Part shown: piece after piece, positions 58,167 through 64,000 of the stretch | Layout of the letters: each line of letters begins with the position of its first letter | How positions within the stretch are numbered: position 1 is the first letter of the stretch | Source of the DNA: Eledone cirrhosa | Taxonomy: Eukaryota | Direction: 5' to 3' | DNA length: 64,000 nt | NCBI GenBank assembly: GCA_964016885.1 | Contig: OZ024743.1 | Coordinates: forward strand, 18,228,001-18,292,000 | Made by a program: the position numbers and the translations under genes | The notes under the pieces: model-generated | Seen by the model: only the letters and a program-made list of their open reading frames with translations | What the model was told of the DNA's origin: nothing | Database searches by the model: none

Positions 58167-59315
58167 CGCGTTCAATCCACCGACTTACACTGCTTCGGGC
58201 TCACCACCACTGACATCCACCAACTCCTATCCATCGTCGTCGACAACACCTACTTCGGATTCCTTGACCAAACATACCAACAAACCTCGGGATTGCCCAT
58301 GGGATCAAGCCTATCAGGTGTGCTAGCGATCTCTTACATGGACAACTTCGAACGCAGGGCACTCAACGCCTGCCACCCCAACGCCGTAGCCTTTTTCTCA
58401 AGGTACGTGGACGATATCCTCATCCTCACATCTTCCCAAGACACGGCGAACAGAATCTATGAGACGTTCAACAACACGGACGAGAACATTGACTTCAGTG
58501 TTGAACACCCCAACGAAGACGGGTCACTTGCCCTCCTCGACTTCCGAATCAACATCACGGAACAGAGAAGGATCCACTGCAACTTCTACCGAAAGGCAGT
58601 CTGCAGGTACCTGTTCGTTCACTACAAGTGCGCCCTTCCTAACAGTGCCAAAAGAGGATACATCACGAACGAGATCGCGCGAATCAAAAACAGATGCAGC
58701 GATCCTGCGAGTGGTGTCACTCATACCAAGCGATTCCTCGAGGTGCTTGAGACGAACGGGTACCCTACCTCGATCACAGCCAGAATAGGAGACACCAGAC
58801 ACAAGAGACAGAGAGGCACCCAAGGCAAGTGCTTCCTTAAAATTCCACATCTGGGCGAGAATACCACCAACGCTATGCGCAAGGCTATGCGGAGGGAGGG
58901 TCTCGACATCCACCTGGCCCACTTGGGCCCCTCCCTGCGAAGATGCCTCTCCAAGAAACCCGGGAAATCTAATGACGCATGCTCCCTCAGAGACTGCTCG
59001 ATACGCCATTCGAACTGTTGCCTACGCACATACGTCGTGTATAAGATAGAATGTGACAGGTGCAACCATTACTACATAGGTAGCACAATCCGACCTTTGC
59101 ACATCCGGAGCAAGGAACACACTAAAACCAGGGCCTCGTCTTTCCGGAAACACATAGACAAATGCGGAAACAAAGACGGAAGGCCCATTGTCACAATTCT
59201 AGCGACTGAAAGAAACGTCGGCACGTTACGTATCAAGGAAGCACTTTTTATCAAACGCCTGCAACCGCGAATAAACAACCGGTTAGAGAGAAGCGAAATG
59301 AGATGGCTGGTTTAA
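58167..59315 (+). CDS. PLE RT (partial) plus GIY-YIG, open frame, N-terminus truncated
   Basis: YQQTSGLPMGSSLSG, RYVDD, VVYKIEC..C..YYIGST, KEALFI...P.IN. The first ~48 aa of the track ORF are antisense read-through from the other arm. Confidence 0.88.
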   Translation, partial: RVQSTDLHCFGLTTTDIHQLLSIVVDNTYFGFLDQTYQQTSGLPMGSSLSGVLAISYMDNFERRALNACHPNAVAFFSRYVDDILILTSSQDTANRIYETFNNTDENIDFSVEHPNEDGSLALLDFRINITEQRRIHCNFYRKAVCRYLFVHYKCALPNSAKRGYITNEIARIKNRCSDPASGVTHTKRFLEVLETNGYPTSITARIGDTRHKRQRGTQGKCFLKIPHLGENTTNAMRKAMRREGLDIHLAHLGPSLRRCLSKKPGKSNDACSLRDCSIRHSNCCLRTYVVYKIECDRCNHYYIGSTIRPLHIRSKEHTKTRASSFRKHIDKCGNKDGRPIVTILATERNVGTLRIKEALFIKRLQPRINNRLERSEMRWLV

Positions 59316-59930
59316 GTTAACAAATGATGTAGCAACACACAACACACGCACAAACAAATGAGACAACTACACACACACACAGAGTAGCATTCCACCATAC
59401 CAACATACTACACTGCCAATACAGAGGAACAAAGCAACTACACACGCACACTCACACACACTTAAACGAGACAACAACACACGCACACACACACACATTA
59501 ACATTTAGCAAACAGGCAGAGAATGGACTGACAGCTAGCGCCACCCCACTCCCTCTGCCCGACCAACCCCAATACACGCGCATGCGCGCTCTGCCGAATA
59601 ACTCAGATATTCAAAACAACAAACAGCAGAAGACGCGTTTCGCACCTGTCCGACAGACAACCTTTACCCCGAAAAAAAACCCCCAGTTTATGGATGTGAA
59701 TCCGAAATATATACGGACTAATAAATCTCTCCCAATGTAACTCACCCATGTGTTGTTATTTTTATTTTATCCTTTATACTCTTCCCTTCTTTCATCTACA
59801 CATTTACACATCTTTACACACCACGCATCTCAACGTACACCCACTTACATCTCTCTCTCCACCACCGGATCCTGTTACCCGGAGATTTACCCATTTGCAA
59901 TGTTGAGGCTTCCAAACGACTTAAATATAT

Positions 59931-60002
<72 letters not shown>

Positions 60003-60006
<4 letters not shown>

Positions 60007-60191
60007 TTAATATAGATGAGATTCTACAGGACTAGAACTGTTTCATTCATTAGAAATCATCAGGAATCTCTTTCTAATGAATGAAACAGTTCTAGTCCTG
60101 TAGAATCTCATCTATATTAAAACTGTTATACTCTGCTATGTATTGAGTACCTTACTTACTGTGGTTACCTCCGATTCAACCCGGAATAACG
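60003..60191. mobile_element. Family A solo-pLTR hairpin
   Basis: 60003-60057 is the exact reverse complement of 60071-60124; the right arm continues to ccggaataacg. Confidence 0.9.
60018..60070 (-). ncRNA. Type I hammerhead ribozyme (family A), best-paired copy
   Basis: Reverse complement: gagattc-CTGATGA-T-ttc-taat-gaa-T-GAAA-cag-ttctagtc-ctg-TA-gaatctc; 7-bp stem I. Confidence 0.85.
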
Positions 60192-60458
60192 TATATATAT
60201 ATAAATATATATAGGAAAAAGTATGACCCCGACGGCAGAGGTCATGCTGTTTCGACGGCTATTTCTGGACTCCTTCGTTATATATATATATATATATATT
60301 TAAATTTGCTTTCCCCCCCCATTTCCAAATATATATATTAATATATAAGCATATATGTGTGTGTATGTTTTTGTTTTGATATTGTATATTTGTGTGTATG
60401 TGTGTGTGTATTCTTACTTTTATACTTGTGTATATATGTGTGTGTATTAACTGTATAC

Positions 60459-60517
<59 letters not shown>

Positions 60518-60521
<4 letters not shown>

Positions 60522-62284
60522 ACAAAATATGGTTAAAAGAGTTCCATGTATTTTATTATGCGCATTTCAAAAACAAATATCATCATGCAATAATATTTGT
60601 GTTTTTATCAGAGAAAACAGGAAGACATGATATGAAGGTTAAAAAACACTTGTTGATAGTGCAGTTTTAAATCAACATATGAAGAGTAGTTTTAGATTGA
60701 TGTGTGATATTGAGAAACATATTTTATTTTGAGGGTGGGGGGGGGGTTGGAAAGGATGAAAAAGAGGAGGAGATGAGAGTAAAAAGTGGAGAGGGAGGAG
60801 TATAATGAGGAAGGATGAGATACGAGGAGAGATGGGTGATAGAGAGAGAGAGATAGCTTTTATAATTGAGAAAGATATATTGTTTTACATAGAGAGGTTA
60901 TAAACCGTTGGAAGATAATTCATAAGTTAAAAGAATTTGAAAATTAACGAAGTGAAAAATATTGTAAAGTTAAAGGTTTGTATATTGAAGGGTTTAATAA
61001 TATGTGCGATGAACAGAAAATGTTAATATGTATTAAGAATAATATTTAAGGGTTTAACAATATGTGCGATGGAAAGAAAAAGTTAATATGTATTAAGAAT
61101 AATATTTATGGGTTTAATAATATGTGCGATGGAAAGAAAATGTTGATATGTATTATTAAAAAGAACAACAAGTAATTTAAGTAAGGATATATTGTGAGAT
61201 GAGCATGAATAAGTTAGATAAACGGGAGAAAAGAATAATGAATTGAGGATGAATAATCTAACGTCAAAAACATGTTTATGTTTACGAAGGATTTTTACAA
61301 GGTGATATAGAGTAAGAATGTATTGTATTATGTAATAATTGTTTCTATGTTAGGCAACAGTGAGAAAAGGTACATATTAGGGGTTAGACATTAAAAGAAA
61401 AAGAGAAGAAAGGGAAGTGATAAATAGGAGCAATATAGAATGAGTAACAAGTATTATATAATGTATAATAAAAACTTTGAAATAAGGTAGAAAGATGAGT
61501 ATATTTTTAAAGAAGTATATATATATATATGTGCCTTTGAGAAAAAGATTCTAAATTGATAAAGTTTTGGATATTAGCTGTATACTTTGGGGAATGTTTT
61601 GTGGAATTTATACAAACAGATAGAAAACAAGTCAGTGCGTCTATTTATTATAGCATCTAAATTAGATATAATGGTACATTTTTAATTTAGACAGAGATTG
61701 CAAATCTTGGATAGAGAACTGTTCAAGTATGGAGACGCAGAAGAAACCTTCTTCCAAAAGATGCTATATTTAATATTTTTGTCTTTCAAGGACCATATGA
61801 GTTGTGCGAGAGCCGTGTTGATTCTTTTAAGTTTGTATTTAAAAGACGAATGATGGTTATAAAGACGAGCTTTAAAGGAGGTGGAAGTGGAGCCAAAATA
61901 GGTGAAGGAATTGGTGTCACTTATAACTTTACATTCGTAAATTAAGTTTTTATCAAGACAATGGTTATTGAGAGAACATTTATTTTTAACAGGGCAATTG
62001 CAATTGCGATTAGAGAGATTATTAACGAGTGACCTAGTGTTATCTATAGAAGGAATTAGATTTTTTAACCTTCATATCATGTCTTCCTGTTTTATCTGAT
62101 GAAAACAAAAATATTATTGCATGATGATATTTGTTTTTGAAATGCGCATAATAAAATACATGGTACTCTTTTAACCATCTTTTGTCCTTATATATTATGT
62201 ATACTCGAATCCTACAAACTGTAGAGTGCTTCTTATCAGATATATGCATTGCTTTATTGTACTACAATAAAACTCACCTCCTAC
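60518..62284 (-). mobile_element. 5'-truncated PLE (GIY-YIG remnant ~61570-62040) with inverted pLTR arms (family H)
   Basis: Minus translation CNCPVKNKCSLNNHCL..NLIYEC...TYFGST...CNLC; 60518-60647 is inverted relative to 62061-62192. Confidence 0.85.
62090..62156 (+). ncRNA. Type I hammerhead ribozyme (family H)
   Basis: ttttat-CTGATGA-(long AT-rich stem II)-GAAA-tgcgca-TA-ataaaa; palindromic stem III. The partner at 60551-60617 has CTGATAA. Confidence 0.8.
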
Positions 62285-62297
62285 ATATATATATATA

Positions 62298-64000
62298 TAC
62301 TAGCAGTGGTACACGACGTTGCACGTGATAAGGTATTTGGGAACGTGGGCCTCCAACAGCCCTAATCGTGGAAAAACTGCATGCCTCGACAATATGTAAA
62401 GAGAATAAACCAAATACTCTGATGGCTGGATAATCTTTAAGATTTTCCTCTATGAAGCAGGAAAAATGCAGGTTTTCACCTAATGCGGGCCCTAGGGAGT
62501 CAAGAAAATGAATTTCTTTTATGTGCATAACAGGCCTTGAAATTTCGGGAAAATCGGCTAGACGTAACGCCTAAAAAAAGCCCTAAAAAGCTGAAAAATT
62601 GAAGTTTTTCACTAGGCCATAACAAGTTTGATTTTCTTTGCTCACGCTATGAAGAATAGAGACTGACTAATACATAGTTACAATTTCAAGGAAATCGATC
62701 TGAGGTAACGCATCAAATACCCCTAAAATGCTGAAAAAACGCAGTTTTTCACCTAATGTGGGCCCTAGGGGATCAAAAAGTTGAATTTTTAATGTGCATA
62801 ACACTCCCCGAAACATAACGCGGGCCGCAAATAGACCCAATCGTGGAAAAACAGCATGCTGGACAATATGTAAAGAAAATAATCCGAATACTCTGATACA
62901 ATTAGTATTAGGTATGCTTCTCCTTCCACGTGGAGAAAATGGGCTTGGTGCTTTTGTACTTTAATAAAATGGCATGAGTCAGCAGGACCGATGTCACCAC
63001 ATATGTCAGAGGGAAGGCTGCAATGCTTGAGCAAGGCTTAACGTGCAATCGGACAGCATGTGGAGCCTTCTCGGCGGAGTCCACCACACCTTAGTAAGTA
63101 AAAACAACTGGACAAACGTTCACCAAACTGTGGGTATAATTTAACAAATTTAAAAAGGATTGGTACAATAAAATGGTCCAGAGGCGTGCGCGCGTTGACT
63201 GGCAGCCCTAAACGAAAGGTTCACCATCAGCTATTTCAAGGGTCCTTAAAAGGGCCGTGTAAGCCGTTCACTGAGATCCCAGTAAGGAGGGGTAACCATC
63301 AACAATTACAAATAAAAAGGGCCATGTGAGCGTTCACTTGTTGCTTTTAATATTGACTTTGACTGCGTTCTCTTACATTTGTAGGAGGGTGTTTCTGTTG
63401 CTTCCACTGGTAGCCGTTAGAATGAATCAGAATGCGTTTGCGGTCCGTTTAATAACCATATATTGGCGCGCCGTGTGCGAAGCGGAAGGTCCATCTCTGA
63501 AGGTAGTCACCTGAAGCCGAGGGAAAACGTATTTCAGGTAATACGCCGTATGACTGGCAACCAGATTTCCTTAAGAAATGTTGATAACGAACCTACTTCG
63601 TCCTTGTGCAAATGCAAGAGGACTCTCCCAGCTGCCTACTCTAGAGCACCAAACGAACAACGATCCGCTTAACGACCTTACATTGCCGTACCAATGTTAA
63701 GGGGTGGGTTCTTAGCTGAAGGGTTCACCATAAACCGTAGAAAAAACGCGTTTCAGTTAGTAGCCCTTATGAATTGCGACCGGATTGGTTAAACAAATGG
63801 CAATAAAAAACCTACCTTCTCGCTGTTGCATTTATAACACCTCGTTGTAAACAATGTTCCTTGTTTCCCTCGTCATGCAAATGCAAATAGCCTCTCCCTG
63901 ATGCCAACTCTAGTGCACCCAACGTACAAAGGTCTGGCCTCAGAAAGAGTCTGACACTGCGACTTGATAATGGACATGGCAAAACTGACGAAGCGGGAAT
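62298..64000. mobile_element. Helitron/Helentron-like non-autonomous repeat with internal direct sub-repeats, running off the window
   Basis: Begins tACTAGcagtggta followed by the hairpin cacg-acgttgca-cgtg; 62364-62422 is repeated at 62840-62897, 62472-62516 at 62744-62788, and 63601-63660 at 63871-63929. Confidence 0.5.

Larger units (their letters stand above)
56391..59927. mobile_element. Head-to-head inverted duplication of a 5'-truncated Penelope/Poseidon-type element (~1.7-kb arms, 54-bp spacer)
   Basis: 56437-58165 is the reverse complement of 58220-59927; both arms encode RT-GIY-YIG; (TA)n at both outer ends. Confidence 0.95.

Noticed and set aside
57320-59278. Overlapping alternative-frame and antisense ORFs in the palindrome
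   Set aside because: Shadow frames of the GC-richer PLE coding sequence, duplicated by the inversion.

Overview
AT-rich animal (eukaryotic) DNA made almost entirely of repeats. The Nin-domain tRNA-SINE and the (TA)n/(TG)n density suggest an octopod cephalopod (inference). No confident host gene was found; there are two weak candidate exons. Penelope-like elements (PLEs, RT plus C-terminal GIY-YIG) dominate: six coding remnants, plus many small non-coding hairpins built from their terminal repeats. Other elements are RTE-group LINE fragments, a Tx1/L1-type LINE lacking its endonuclease, R4/Dong-type RLE LINEs, an internally deleted mariner, nine SINE copies, a Helitron-like repeat and two minisatellites. 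Three signals stand out. (1) About 20 type-I hammerhead ribozyme motifs from roughly nine sequence families, read by eye, several with recurrent non-canonical core positions. (2) A non-coding family with a ~440-nt hammerhead-carrying unit in partial tandem, a candidate retrozyme. (3) A repeated insertion geometry: tail-out inverted termini in (TA)n, with one short arm and one arm carrying a family-specific extension. Coordinates were counted by hand and element ends may be off by a few bases.
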